Source: an uncultured Acetobacteraceae bacterium (GTDB taxonomy: Bacteria > Pseudomonadota > Alphaproteobacteria > Acetobacterales > Acetobacteraceae). Taken from it: a stretch of 45,190 nucleotides of DNA. Where the stretch lies: the NCBI GenBank assembly GCA_903847525.1, contig CAINEA010000918.1, forward strand, positions 1 to 45,190. Direction: 5' to 3'. The position numbers were made by a program, and so were the translations under genes. Positions 1 to 7,683 of this stretch are shown piece by piece. The notes beneath the pieces were generated by a model, which did no database searches, was not told the DNA's origin, and saw only the letters and a program-made list of their open reading frames with translations. The first letter of the stretch is position 1. The number at the start of each line of letters is the position of its first letter.

Positions 1-234
1 GTCGCTCTGGTATTTGGCCTGCTGGTTGGAATCTACGGCTGTGGATCCACGGACAGCGCCACGGCATCTAGCTCAAGTCCATCAGTATCTTCGCCTGAAC
101 TCTCATCGACGCCGACTTCCGTATCGGCATCTGCGTCGACGCCGGCACCGTCAACTTTGCCACTTCAGCCAGGTAGAAGTGTCCTTTCCGGCGCACCATT
201 CCCCCGACATGCGACCACGGCCCCGCTGTCGTAA
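1..234 (+). CDS. 3' portion of a host ORF (start lies left of window): possible small Ser/Thr/Pro-rich lipoprotein
   Basis: Frame 1 is open from base 1: VALVFGLLVGIYGC-GSTDSATASSSSPS... This is a hydrophobic segment ending in a lipobox-like IYGC, then an S/T/P-rich tail. The stop TAA at 232-234 lies inside the 90-bp att repeat. It is not in the ORF track because there is no start codon in the window. The low-complexity composition makes coding status uncertain. Confidence 0.35.
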   Translation, partial: VALVFGLLVGIYGCGSTDSATASSSSPSVSSPELSSTPTSVSASASTPAPSTLPLQPGRSVLSGAPFPRHATTAPLS

Positions 235-245
235 CATCTGTCGTA
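156..245. repeat. attL: left copy of the 90-bp direct repeat
   Basis: tttgccacttCagccaggtagaagtgtcc...catctgtcgta is identical to 45101-45190 except C166 vs T45111. The bases just outside the repeat (155 vs 45100) differ. Confidence 0.8.
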
Positions 246-448
246 ACACGCCAGAGATATCGAATCTGAGTCGTAAATCGCGCCGGCGTCTACTGTCGAA
301 CCGAACCTAAATATGTAGAACGCCTTGTGCTTTGGGAGCATGAGGTCGCACGTTCGAATCGTGTCGCCCCGACCATCTCCATTTGAATCTAAATCCTCCA
401 TCTTGTCGATGGTGCGACCATTGACCGTTTGTCGTAACAGTTACGACA
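227..448. promoter_or_regulatory. Array of TGTCGTAAC motifs (candidate integrase/excisionase binding sites)
   Basis: tgtcgtaaca occurs at 227-236, 239-248 and 430-439. An inverted copy gttacgaca at 440-448 forms a dyad with 430-439, and a degenerate copy gtcgtaaa lies at 270-277. The first two copies are also present in attR (45172-45181, 45184-45190). Confidence 0.45.
326..375 (+). pseudogene. tRNA-Pro(UGG) 3' half only (anticodon arm to CCA); no 5' half
   Basis: Layout: tgtgc/tttggga/gcatg (anticodon stem-loop, loop TTTGGGA gives anticodon TGG with G37), aggtc (variable), gcacg/ttcgaat/cgtgt (T arm), cgccccg-a-cca (acceptor 3' strand, discriminator A, CCA). The complementary cggggcg is absent from the about 75 nt upstream. 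Confidence 0.6.
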
Positions 449-473
449 GCCCAAGGTAGACGGCTGTTTCGCG

Positions 474-1856
474 TCAGGCGGATTTCCAGATCTCGCCGTC
501 TCGGATCTTCTCGATTGTGCGGCGATGAACGCCGTACGTCCGGGAGATCTCGGCCACGGTCCGGGTGGCCAGCTCCGCTCGTATTGTCCGGACTTCATCT
601 GCCGTAAGACGTGAGCGACCGTTGCGCTCTCCGGCAAGTGGAACAGCTGGTCCAGGCTTCCCTTTGATGTAGGTCACTACGCGCGGGCTGTCCTCTTCTT
701 CGAAGCTGGCTTCCCAAAAACGGCCGAGCCATTCTTTCATCTTCGTTGGGTGGTTGTAGCGATCGTGAACGCCTTTTGGAGTCTGGCCGAGCAGGCGGAT
801 TCGGACGCTTCGAGGGCAACCGTTCTCATCGAGCCAACTGGAGAAGCTGTGGCGGAATCCGTGAGCAGTTAGGATCCGCAGGCCGGCGCGGCGCATGATC
901 ACGGCCAGGTCCCTATCTATCGAATCTGCTCTATACGGATTGCCTTCGCTGTTCAGAATGAGCCGGGATCGCGGGAAGCAGAGGGCACGAAGTTCCTCGA
1001 GGAGACCATCAGGGAGCGGAAAGTCTCGCTTGGCGTACTTCGACTTCAAGTTAGCAGTAAGTGCCCCAGTTTCGATGTCCACCTGGTATCTGAGCTGCAG
1101 GGTTCCGTCAGGCTTCAGATCCGTGTATGAGAATCCGCATCCTTCCCGAAGGCGGACTCCCAGAAAGCCGTACAGCAGAATGCCGGCACGAAGCGGGTGG
1201 CCAGCTGCCGCAACAAGTAGCCGCCGCATCTCAACCGGGGAATAGACGTCGACCTCCGGTTCCGGCTCTTCGCGCCTCGGCACACGCTTGCTGTTGATTG
1301 GCCGTATGGCCTGATCCATCTCTGCGGCAATTTCGCAGACCTCGAGGGCCAGGCGTCGACATTTGTTGACCGTCGAAGGAGCAAGCTTTTCCCAGATCTC
1401 GACCGGTTGGACCAGATTGCCGCTCTTCATCTTTGGCTTGGCAGCCTTGTTCCGGTGGGTGAGCTTATGGTCCAAGCGGCTCAGCATCTCGGCAAGTACC
1501 ACCGCGGTGATATCCTTCACCTGTAGATGGCCGATCTCCTCTAGAACGTGCCTGGCGACCGTCTTATTGGTGTTGCGAGTATTCGCGCGAGAGTGAGCCT
1601 TCAACGGTGCGTGAGCGTTTACGAGATACCAGACGAAGGATCCCTCTGGAAGATCATCGGTTTGATCCAGGTTGAGCGGCGGATTTATGAACTCCCGGTA
1701 GCTCTGCTCTGCTTCGGCTAGGGTATGCCCGTAGAAGGACCTTCTCGTAGTCGATCCTGGTCGTTTGGGATCCGGGACCGACCGCTTGATTTCCTTCAGC
1801 CTCTTCCTGGCGGTATTCACTCGAGTGAGCTTCTTGGGCATCTCCGATTCGATCAT
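474..1856 (-). CDS. int: Tyrosine recombinase / phage integrase with a C-terminal HTH extension
   Basis: Catalytic signature is present: ...GVRLREG..., HGFRHSF, LLGQ..., DRYNH (Tyr). The N-terminus resembles an arm-binding region (RRSFYGHTLAEAEQSY). Start chosen at ATG 1856 (MIESEMPKK, AAGGA upstream); the track ORF extends to 1979, but that extension overlaps the upstream coupled gene. Confidence 0.9.
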   Translation of the reverse strand: MIESEMPKKLTRVNTARKRLKEIKRSVPDPKRPGSTTRRSFYGHTLAEAEQSYREFINPPLNLDQTDDLPEGSFVWYLVNAHAPLKAHSRANTRNTNKTVARHVLEEIGHLQVKDITAVVLAEMLSRLDHKLTHRNKAAKPKMKSGNLVQPVEIWEKLAPSTVNKCRRLALEVCEIAAEMDQAIRPINSKRVPRREEPEPEVDVYSPVEMRRLLVAAAGHPLRAGILLYGFLGVRLREGCGFSYTDLKPDGTLQLRYQVDIETGALTANLKSKYAKRDFPLPDGLLEELRALCFPRSRLILNSEGNPYRADSIDRDLAVIMRRAGLRILTAHGFRHSFSSWLDENGCPRSVRIRLLGQTPKGVHDRYNHPTKMKEWLGRFWEASFEEEDSPRVVTYIKGKPGPAVPLAGERNGRSRLTADEVRTIRAELATRTVAEISRTYGVHRRTIEKIRDGEIWKSA

Positions 1857-2061
1857 AGTCGATGTTTTCCTTTTGTGCTCGCAGCTTTTCCTTTCGTGCC
1901 TTCCACCACAGCTGAAGATCATCCGAATCGACCAGCAGTCCGTCGATCGGATCCACCACGCCGGGGAAAGTCGGGTCATCCCAAAGCTGGCGGGCTCTCG
2001 CTACGGATTTCAAGCTGAGAGCCTGCTGGACAAGCTTTGGACCTAAGGCGAGCTGAATCAC
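1654..2061 (-). CDS. Excisionase/AlpA-like small DNA-binding protein (C-terminal extent uncertain; overlaps int)
   Basis: The GTG start at 2061 directly abuts the TAA of the upstream gene (TAAGTG). The N-terminal about 65 aa fit the Xis/AlpA pattern (SLKSVARARQLW..DPTFPGVVDPIDGLLVDSDDLQLWWKARKE). The last about 65 codons overlap the int frame. Confidence 0.45.
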   Translation of the reverse strand: MIQLALGPKLVQQALSLKSVARARQLWDDPTFPGVVDPIDGLLVDSDDLQLWWKARKEKLRAQKENIDYDRIGDAQEAHSSEYRQEEAEGNQAVGPGSQTTRIDYEKVLLRAYPSRSRAELPGVHKSAAQPGSNR

Positions 2062-2421
2062 TTAAACCTCTGGTTCTCCAGCTTTTGCGTTTAGCCACTC
2101 GGTGTAGGTGTGAGTGATGAACTCTGGGCTGATTTCGCTTGCAGAAGTCGATAGGAGAGTATCCAGCGCCAGGATCTCAAGGTCACAGAACTCGTCTGAA
2201 TCGCCACTTCTCTGTTCCCACCGCTTATAGCGGATCCGCATGGCCTGAAGCATCCACCAGCACATTGCCCCGTACTCGGTGAGTGGCACTCCTTTGTTCG
2301 TAAAGATCAGCAGGAATGGGCGATCGTTCTTGCTGGTAGGACGCCACCAGAGCCGTTCCATATCGAACTTGAAATGGTCCGGATCCAGCCGGCATGCCGT
2401 TTCAATCTGGCCAGGGCTCAC
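2062..2421 (-). CDS. Hypothetical protein (119 aa)
   Basis: GTG start overlaps the upstream stop (GTGA). Composition looks like ordinary protein sequence. No motif recognised. Confidence 0.6.
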   Translation of the reverse strand: MSPGQIETACRLDPDHFKFDMERLWWRPTSKNDRPFLLIFTNKGVPLTEYGAMCWWMLQAMRIRYKRWEQRSGDSDEFCDLEILALDTLLSTSASEISPEFITHTYTEWLNAKAGEPEV

Positions 2422-2543
2422 TTCTCAAGCCTCCCTGCCAGCTTCCGGACCTGAACGACGCGCCAGACGTCGCTGGCCATGATTGCGATGACGCAGACGC
2501 CAAGAGCGGCGACCGAGCCTGTAAGAATGCGCTTCTTACTCAC
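2418..2543 (-). CDS. Micro-ORF, 41 aa, single TM segment (not in ORF track)
   Basis: Own translation: MSKKRILTGSVAALGVCVIAIMASDVWRVVQVRKLAGRLEK*. The GTG start overlaps the upstream stop and its own stop overlaps the next start (GTGA at both ends). Confidence 0.45.
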   Translation of the reverse strand: MSKKRILTGSVAALGVCVIAIMASDVWRVVQVRKLAGRLEK

Positions 2544-2746
2544 TTCAGCCACTCATCCTCGAAGACGTTGTCGCAACCTTCTTTGTGCAGGAGGTGGTAG
2601 GCCTTTGTGGGGACGAAGACGCGGTGTCCGGAGAGACGGCCGTGGAACGTGCCGACAGGTTCCGGGTGCATGAATGGCTCCGTGATGGCCCTGGTGGTTA
2701 CGCCGGCCGTGACGCCGACGATGATGCCTAGGAGAAATCGCTTCAT
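2540..2746 (-). CDS. Small exported/membrane protein (68 aa)
   Basis: N-terminal hydrophobic segment MKRFLLGIIVGVTAGV; AAGGAAA RBS upstream. Confidence 0.55.
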   Translation of the reverse strand: MKRFLLGIIVGVTAGVTTRAITEPFMHPEPVGTFHGRLSGHRVFVPTKAYHLLHKEGCDNVFEDEWLK

Positions 2747-2749
2747 CGC

Positions 2750-2839
2750 CTATTTCCTTCGGTCCTCGCCAGGGGCCAGGAAATAGGCGATGATCAGGCC
2801 GACTGCTACGCCGGCCATGAAGATGTATCCGTGCTCCAT
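2750..2839 (-). CDS. Micro-ORF, 29 aa, single TM segment
   Basis: MEHGYIFMAGVAVGLIIAYFLAPGEDRRK*. The ATG overlaps the upstream TAA (TAATG). The longer track ORF 2750..2992 is an Arg/His-rich overlap with the 63-aa gene. Confidence 0.4.
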   Translation of the reverse strand: MEHGYIFMAGVAVGLIIAYFLAPGEDRRK

Positions 2840-3030
2840 TACTTCACTTGCTCCTGTTGATCTCGGCCTGGATCCGGTTCCAGATGGTCTGCTTTGAGGC
2901 TGGCCATGAGGGCGGATCTTCCGGCTGGGGTGATGTCGTATCGCGTGGCGCCGATCGCTCTGAGTCCCTGCTCGGTGATGTCGATGTAGCAATCCTGCAA
3001 AATGGAGGGGGTATTCATGGGGTTGCTCAT
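2839..3030 (-). CDS. Hypothetical protein (63 aa)
   Basis: ATGA overlap with the upstream gene; ordinary protein-like composition. Confidence 0.55.
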   Translation of the reverse strand: MSNPMNTPSILQDCYIDITEQGLRAIGATRYDITPAGRSALMASLKADHLEPDPGRDQQEQVK

Positions 3031-3743
3031 CCCTCTGGTTCCTCAGCAGATTCCTTGGGCTTCACTACAACGCTTGTTTTGACTTCGATCTTTTCACCAG
3101 CAGGTCGGTAGTCGAAGACGCTCTTCCAGAGCTCGATTTCGTCTTTGCTCTTTTTCTTGGAGCGTCCGGATAGGATCTTGACGACGCTCTTCTGCTGAGT
3201 CGGGGAAAGCTTGGACGGTTGGAATTCGAGCTTCACCGTCTTCTTCACGGCATTGCGCCAGGATGTTCCGATGAGCTCAAGTGCCAGCTGGCCTTTGCCC
3301 TTCTTGACATCGATCTTCTCGGTCTGCTTTCGGAATGAAACCGATCCCCAAAAGCTCGAGTAGGTTTTGGAGCCATTCTTCAGCAGAGGCTTAACGAACT
3401 GGGCAAGTTCTCGATCGAACCGGATATGTAGGCCGAGCAGGCGCCCTTCTGCCGCTGCTCTCATCTTCTCGGCGTTGGCGATGATCGCCTTAGCCTTTAG
3501 CACGTCGACCGAATTGTCGATCGACACGATAGTCGCCTCGCAGGTCTGCATTTTGTCGAGAACCCACTGCGCGGCCTCTTCGGAGTCGATGACGAACTTC
3601 TCCTTGCCGACAACTCCAAGCAGTTCGCCGGTTGAGGCGTCGTAGATGATCCCATCCTGGATCTCTACTTGGCGTTGGAATTGCCCGTCTGGCTGGAGGG
3701 TGCCTTCTACGAATGAATCTGTTGAATTGGGAATGCTGGACAT
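3027..3743 (-). CDS. Mu Gam-like host-nuclease inhibitor family protein (putative)
   Basis: Pattern resembles Mu Gam: IDSEEAAQWVLDKM...AKAIIANAEKM...ELAQFVKPLLKNGSKTYSSFWGSVSFRKQTEKIDV. This is a helical N-terminal half followed by a 'G.V.wR' beta segment. Recognised by eye only. Confidence 0.5.
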   Translation of the reverse strand: MSSIPNSTDSFVEGTLQPDGQFQRQVEIQDGIIYDASTGELLGVVGKEKFVIDSEEAAQWVLDKMQTCEATIVSIDNSVDVLKAKAIIANAEKMRAAAEGRLLGLHIRFDRELAQFVKPLLKNGSKTYSSFWGSVSFRKQTEKIDVKKGKGQLALELIGTSWRNAVKKTVKLEFQPSKLSPTQQKSVVKILSGRSKKKSKDEIELWKSVFDYRPAGEKIEVKTSVVVKPKESAEEPEG

Positions 3744-3916
3744 GAAATTGAATCCTCTGGAATGAAGCCGGTGATGAACTCGAGGCGCTGGCCTTCAGCA
3801 ATGAGTTCGGGGACGTCGAGAACCATCTCGGTTGGAACCAGGCGCAACACGGATGGGCGGCCGCTTGGATCGCGGCTCAGGACTTGAAAAAGGACTTTGC
3901 GGCAGACCGCAGTCAT
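3707..3916 (-). CDS. Hypothetical protein (69 aa)
   Basis: ATGA overlap with the stop of the upstream ATPase gene. The 3' end overlaps the Gam-like start by 37 nt. Confidence 0.5.
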   Translation of the reverse strand: MTAVCRKVLFQVLSRDPSGRPSVLRLVPTEMVLDVPELIAEGQRLEFITGFIPEDSISCPAFPIQQIHS

Positions 3917-5328
3917 GCGCCACCTCGCAGGCGGATCCAGCCGCGGCGGCCGGGCATGTACTCCGCTAAGCCAAGGTCGACCAGGCGCTTGCGGTTGGTG
4001 CGGAAAGAGCTTGACCTTGGGCCTTGGGCGGTGTCGATCGCAAGCGCATCGCTTGCGACTTCTCCAAAGGTAGTCAGGTAGGAGAGCATCTCGCTTTGGA
4101 TCTGGGTGAGCCCGCTGTCCAAAGCAGAATCGGCTGGTGGATCCACATCGGGGACCGCTTCCAAAATTGGCGCCTCGATTTCCGTTCGGGGGACTCCCGT
4201 TTCGGGATTTGGTGGCAGCTCGCCGACATCCAGGAGGATCAGCCGGGCTTGGGCCTTCATTCGCTCGATTTGCAGACGAATGCAGTGGAGCTCATCCTGG
4301 AGCGGCCTAGTGGCAGAATCGACTGCCCGACGGATATCGGCGGGGTCGCTGGAGTTGCCTTCTTTCGCGGCTTTGAGCTGTGACTCCAGTCGAGCAATCT
4401 GCTCGAGGAGCTCCTGCCGATCGGCATCTTCGGTGGGATCCCGCTGGATAGATTCGAGACTCTGCAGGGCCTCCGCAATTTCGTGGGGGAGGGGAACAAC
4501 CGCGGCGGCCGCGGTGCCGTCCGGGTGCCTCGTCCGAACTGTTCCGCTCCGGACCAGCATGACCTCACCGGCCGGCGAGAATGCTCTGCCCTTGGCCCAG
4601 AACTGGCCAGGCTTTAGACGCTCGATTTCAGAGAGCTGGCGACGGTTGAAGCCAAGCGCATCGCCGGCACGTTCGAGGTCGACGTCGAGAACGGTTTGGC
4701 CGGTGAGAGTGTTGGCGGATTCAGCGGCATCCTTGTGGAGCTTGCTGAGGCGCTGGGTTGCGATGATGATTCCGAAGCCACGCTTGCGACCTCTGGCGAC
4801 CACGGCCTTTACCGCCTTGCTCGATGCAACGCTTTCACCTTGGGGGCAGAATTCGTGAGCCTCATCGATGACGACCAGGCGCGGATGACGGTGCTCCCGC
4901 TTGAGCTTCATCAGCTCATCCAGGACCAGGCCGACGTACTCACGTCGCTCATCGACGTCCATTTCGCTGACGTCCACGATCACGGATGCCTTGGCGATCA
5001 TGAGGCGCCGGATAATTGCTCTGGCGGTGCCGAGCTCGGCATGGATATCGGCACCGTCCTCTAGGGCGCCGATGATGACGTACGGGTGGATCTCCTTGAG
5101 GCTGTCGAACTCGCCTTCCCAATCGATAATCAGCTGGGGGATTGTTTGGCAGAGCTCTTCGGCGATCTGACGAAGCACGTAGCTTTTGCCGGCACCGCTG
5201 GAGGCAGTTAGGACGAGGCGACCGGCGAGGAGCTGCCGGAGATCCACCGGGACTTCTGCCTCAGGTGTAAAGCCGATCGCGGGCGGATCCATCTCCAGGG
5301 TGCCCTGTCTCACGCGGCCACTTTCCAT
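3913..5328 (-). CDS. FtsK/HerA-superfamily P-loop ATPase with C-terminal winged-helix-like domain
   Basis: Walker A is LTASSGAGKSY and Walker B is RLVVIDEAHEF, followed by GFGIIIATQRLSKL (the ATQR motif typical of FtsK/HerA/DUF87). A coiled-coil and a C-terminal wHTH-like segment follow. Start is at ATG 5328 (alternative ATG 5292); the track extension to 5538 overlaps the real upstream gene. Confidence 0.7.
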   Translation of the reverse strand: MESGRVRQGTLEMDPPAIGFTPEAEVPVDLRQLLAGRLVLTASSGAGKSYVLRQIAEELCQTIPQLIIDWEGEFDSLKEIHPYVIIGALEDGADIHAELGTARAIIRRLMIAKASVIVDVSEMDVDERREYVGLVLDELMKLKREHRHPRLVVIDEAHEFCPQGESVASSKAVKAVVARGRKRGFGIIIATQRLSKLHKDAAESANTLTGQTVLDVDLERAGDALGFNRRQLSEIERLKPGQFWAKGRAFSPAGEVMLVRSGTVRTRHPDGTAAAAVVPLPHEIAEALQSLESIQRDPTEDADRQELLEQIARLESQLKAAKEGNSSDPADIRRAVDSATRPLQDELHCIRLQIERMKAQARLILLDVGELPPNPETGVPRTEIEAPILEAVPDVDPPADSALDSGLTQIQSEMLSYLTTFGEVASDALAIDTAQGPRSSSFRTNRKRLVDLGLAEYMPGRRGWIRLRGGA

Positions 5329-5675
5329 CCGGAGGCGAGAAGCAGATCTCGAATGTAGGCGATGACAGTCTTTGCGCTGTCGTGCTGGCGACCTGGCGCC
5401 AAGTTGTTGCTCGGCAGGGTGTGAGGTGCTGGGAAGTGCGTCACGAAGCCGCTCGCCGCCTTGTAGACGACTAGGACTTCGAGCATCTCGCCCTTTTCCC
5501 AATCTTCGCCGGGACGGACCGCTACCCAGAGGGCGCACTTTCCCGTCTGGGGATTCCTTGCGATCCGGGAGTCCGGGCAGGCCCGGGTGATCTCAAAGAA
5601 CCAGTCTTTGGCCTTTCGGTATGCCTCCTCATCGGAGAGATCCGTGAAAGAAAAGCCGCGAACCTCTTTGTTCAT
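5310..5675 (-). CDS. Hypothetical protein (121 aa)
   Basis: Protein-like composition, coupled to its neighbours. No motif recognised. Confidence 0.65.
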   Translation of the reverse strand: MNKEVRGFSFTDLSDEEAYRKAKDWFFEITRACPDSRIARNPQTGKCALWVAVRPGEDWEKGEMLEVLVVYKAASGFVTHFPAPHTLPSNNLAPGRQHDSAKTVIAYIRDLLLASGWKVAA

Positions 5676-5911
5676 CGGCCCCTCCGTCCCGAACCAAGCT
5701 GGTAGCTGTTGTAGATCGAGCGGCCGTCATCACCGCGGACCTGGTAGCGAGCTCGCCACATATCCCGGCGGCAGTGCTTGCAGTAGGCGTCCAACAGGTC
5801 GAATCGATTGGCATCGGCTCTGAACTCTTGGGGAAACTTTTCCTGCCGACATTTGGGGCAGTACTTCACCACAATGGCACCGCTGTCGGTCTTTCTCACC
5901 AGAACGCTCAC
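5672..5911 (-). CDS. Zinc-ribbon protein (79 aa)
   Basis: CPKC...(19 aa)...CKHC, i.e. two CxxC pairs; overlapping start and stop codons with neighbours. Confidence 0.6.
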   Translation of the reverse strand: MSVLVRKTDSGAIVVKYCPKCRQEKFPQEFRADANRFDLLDAYCKHCRRDMWRARYQVRGDDGRSIYNSYQLGSGRRGR

Positions 5912-6291
5912 AGGCGCACCCCCAGGGCTTTCTCGAACGATTCCAGTGCCATAGCGGCCTCATCGACGCTATGGACGATATAGATCCTGCCGGCACGCTC
6001 CAGCTCTGCCTGAGCCGCGCTTGGGCGCCCAGATCTCTGCAGAACTTTGCCGCCGGCTTCGACCTGTGGACGCTTGACCTCCAGGCCAAGAAAGCCGCCG
6101 ATCGGCCAGCGGGGTTTGGTCACCAGGAGATCTGGAACGCCTGGCGTGGCCAGGATTCCGCGCAGCTGTTTGGGGAGATCCTTGACCACGTGGCGCATGC
6201 CGATGTACGTGGTCAGAACCGTGCAGCCTTTGATCTCGAGGTATTCCACGATCGCCTTTTGAGCCTGGCTTTCTGTGACTACCAGGCTCAT
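5908..6291 (-). CDS. VRR-NUC domain (PD-(D/E)xK) nuclease
   Basis: GVPDLLV...GFLGLEVKRP...S..Q......G.IYIVHSVDEA matches the VRR-NUC layout (D...E-V-K catalytic core). Confidence 0.65.
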   Translation of the reverse strand: MSLVVTESQAQKAIVEYLEIKGCTVLTTYIGMRHVVKDLPKQLRGILATPGVPDLLVTKPRWPIGGFLGLEVKRPQVEAGGKVLQRSGRPSAAQAELERAGRIYIVHSVDEAAMALESFEKALGVRL

Positions 6292-6509
6292 CAGCGGATC
6301 CTCCCGAAGGCGATCAGCCTAGCGCGGGAACGCTTTCTTGCAGGCGCAGGCTTGCGCACACGTCTGCACGTCGGGACCTGGTAGTCGAAGCCTGGTACCG
6401 TGCCTTTTGACTGCCAGCTAGGTGGAAGTTCTCGGTACTGGCCAGCGAGTGGCACACCGCCGAAAGCGTATGCCATGGTTGCCATCAATCCAAGTCGAGA
6501 GCCCTTCAT
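6291..6509 (-). CDS. Hypothetical protein (72 aa)
   Basis: Start and stop overlap with both neighbours. Basic C-terminus. Confidence 0.5.
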   Translation of the reverse strand: MKGSRLGLMATMAYAFGGVPLAGQYRELPPSWQSKGTVPGFDYQVPTCRRVRKPAPARKRSRARLIAFGRIR

Positions 6510-7471
6510 GCGGCCACCGCCTTCTGCAGATCCTCATGCCATGCCTGGATCTCGGCGGCGAGCTCGGCTGTGCCTCGGCACTTCTGGATCTTGTCGAACC
6601 GAGTGCGCTCCTGCTTCATGAAGCTAAAGAGAGCCTGATCCGAACAGCCGAAATCGATCGACGCCTGTTCGAGCCGGCCACCCCAGATGGCGCGAACGCC
6701 GGCATTAAAGCTGCTTCGGTGCTCTTTGGGAAGATTGGGAAAGCTGGCCAGGATGCCGAGCGGCTCAGGCTTGGGATCCTGCTTGTGATTGGGTGGCCCG
6801 GATGGGCGAGGTCCTGAGACGTTCAGCTTTGGTGGTCGACCGGGCGAACGCTTTGGCGATTCCGTTTCGGGTGCAGGTGCAGGCTCGGCTGGAGGTGTTG
6901 CCGCGGCAGCTTTTTCGGATCCTCCCATGGGTTCCGGAGCGGCTGTCGGCTCAGGAGTGCCCTCGGCAGGAAAAGCCACCGCGGCGGCGTCTGGAGCGGC
7001 CGGAATCGGCGGTTCTTCTGGTGCCCGCGCCTTCTCACTTGTTGGGGTTTCGATTGCCGCTGCAGGAAAGAGAGCCGCGAAGTCGATCTCCATGGCGCCA
7101 TCGATTTCGGCGCATCGAGAGACTGGGAAGTTCACATTCTTTGTGGAAAGACAGAGGCCGAACCCAAGGCCCGCAGCCAGATCCTGCAGGGCCTGGCGTA
7201 CGGGTGCAAGGTTGACCGCTACGCCTCCACCACGTCCTGTGAAAGCGAGAGGATAGTGCTGATCCGGCGCGAACGCCATGCCGAAGCTGGTGATCGCGAC
7301 TCTGCGCGAATCGGCATCCACGAAGACAACGAAGCGTGCCTCCTTTGTTAGGCTGAGCCCAGCGGCCTCGATGAACTGCCGGTTGGCGTAGACGCCCTTC
7401 TTCTCGGTCCAAACTCTCGGCTGGGCCAACGATTGTTTTCGAATAGGTTCTGTGTAGCGAACGAAAAGCAT
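6506..7471 (-). CDS. Hypothetical protein (321 aa) with Pro/Ala/Glu-rich central linker
   Basis: Globular N- and C-terminal parts are joined by PAAPDAAAVAFPAEGTPEPTAAPEP...; TAATG overlap with the upstream gene. Confidence 0.65.
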   Translation of the reverse strand: MLFVRYTEPIRKQSLAQPRVWTEKKGVYANRQFIEAAGLSLTKEARFVVFVDADSRRVAITSFGMAFAPDQHYPLAFTGRGGGVAVNLAPVRQALQDLAAGLGFGLCLSTKNVNFPVSRCAEIDGAMEIDFAALFPAAAIETPTSEKARAPEEPPIPAAPDAAAVAFPAEGTPEPTAAPEPMGGSEKAAAATPPAEPAPAPETESPKRSPGRPPKLNVSGPRPSGPPNHKQDPKPEPLGILASFPNLPKEHRSSFNAGVRAIWGGRLEQASIDFGCSDQALFSFMKQERTRFDKIQKCRGTAELAAEIQAWHEDLQKAVAA

Positions 7472-7683
7472 TAGGACATCTCCTTTAGGTCGGCGAGCTT
7501 TCGCTCAAGGTCTTTAAGTTCAAGGTCAACCGAGCTGATGAGATCTCTGGCTCGATCGAGATCGGAGGGCAGATAACCTGCCGGGTTGTCGAGGACGGCC
7601 TGGTATCTGGCCCTTCGTGATTTGGCTCCGTCAATGAAGATCTGGAACCGATCTGCCTGTGTTCTTGCGATAGCGCTTCTCAT
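7471..7683 (-). CDS. Small coiled-coil protein (70 aa)
   Basis: ATGA overlap with the ParB-like gene stop. Heptad-like C-terminus LELKDLERKLADLKE. Confidence 0.55.
   Translation of the reverse strand: MRSAIARTQADRFQIFIDGAKSRRARYQAVLDNPAGYLPSDLDRARDLISSVDLELKDLERKLADLKEMS

Noticed and set aside
156-245. The 90-bp repeat as an assembly terminal overlap of a circular phage or plasmid contig
   Set aside because: The left copy is internal (it starts at 156), and the 155 bp before it have no counterpart before 45101. This cannot be fully excluded without sequence beyond 45190.
14-310. 98-aa plus-strand ORF at the left edge
   Set aside because: It has an extremely Arg/His-rich composition. Frame 1 (the lipoprotein-like ORF) is more plausible, and the ORF would span the att core and phage DNA.
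299-375. A complete tRNA gene at the left end (classical tRNA integration site)
   Set aside because: Only the anticodon arm, T arm and 3' acceptor strand are present. The required 5' strand cggggcg and a D arm are missing, and the att duplication does not include this segment.
1857-1979. N-terminal extensions of the integrase (to 1979), repressor (10616-10657) and ATPase (5329-5538) suggested by the ORF track
   Set aside because: The extensions are Arg/Cys/Trp-rich. They overlap real upstream genes or operator DNA, and internal ATGs give conventional N-termini.
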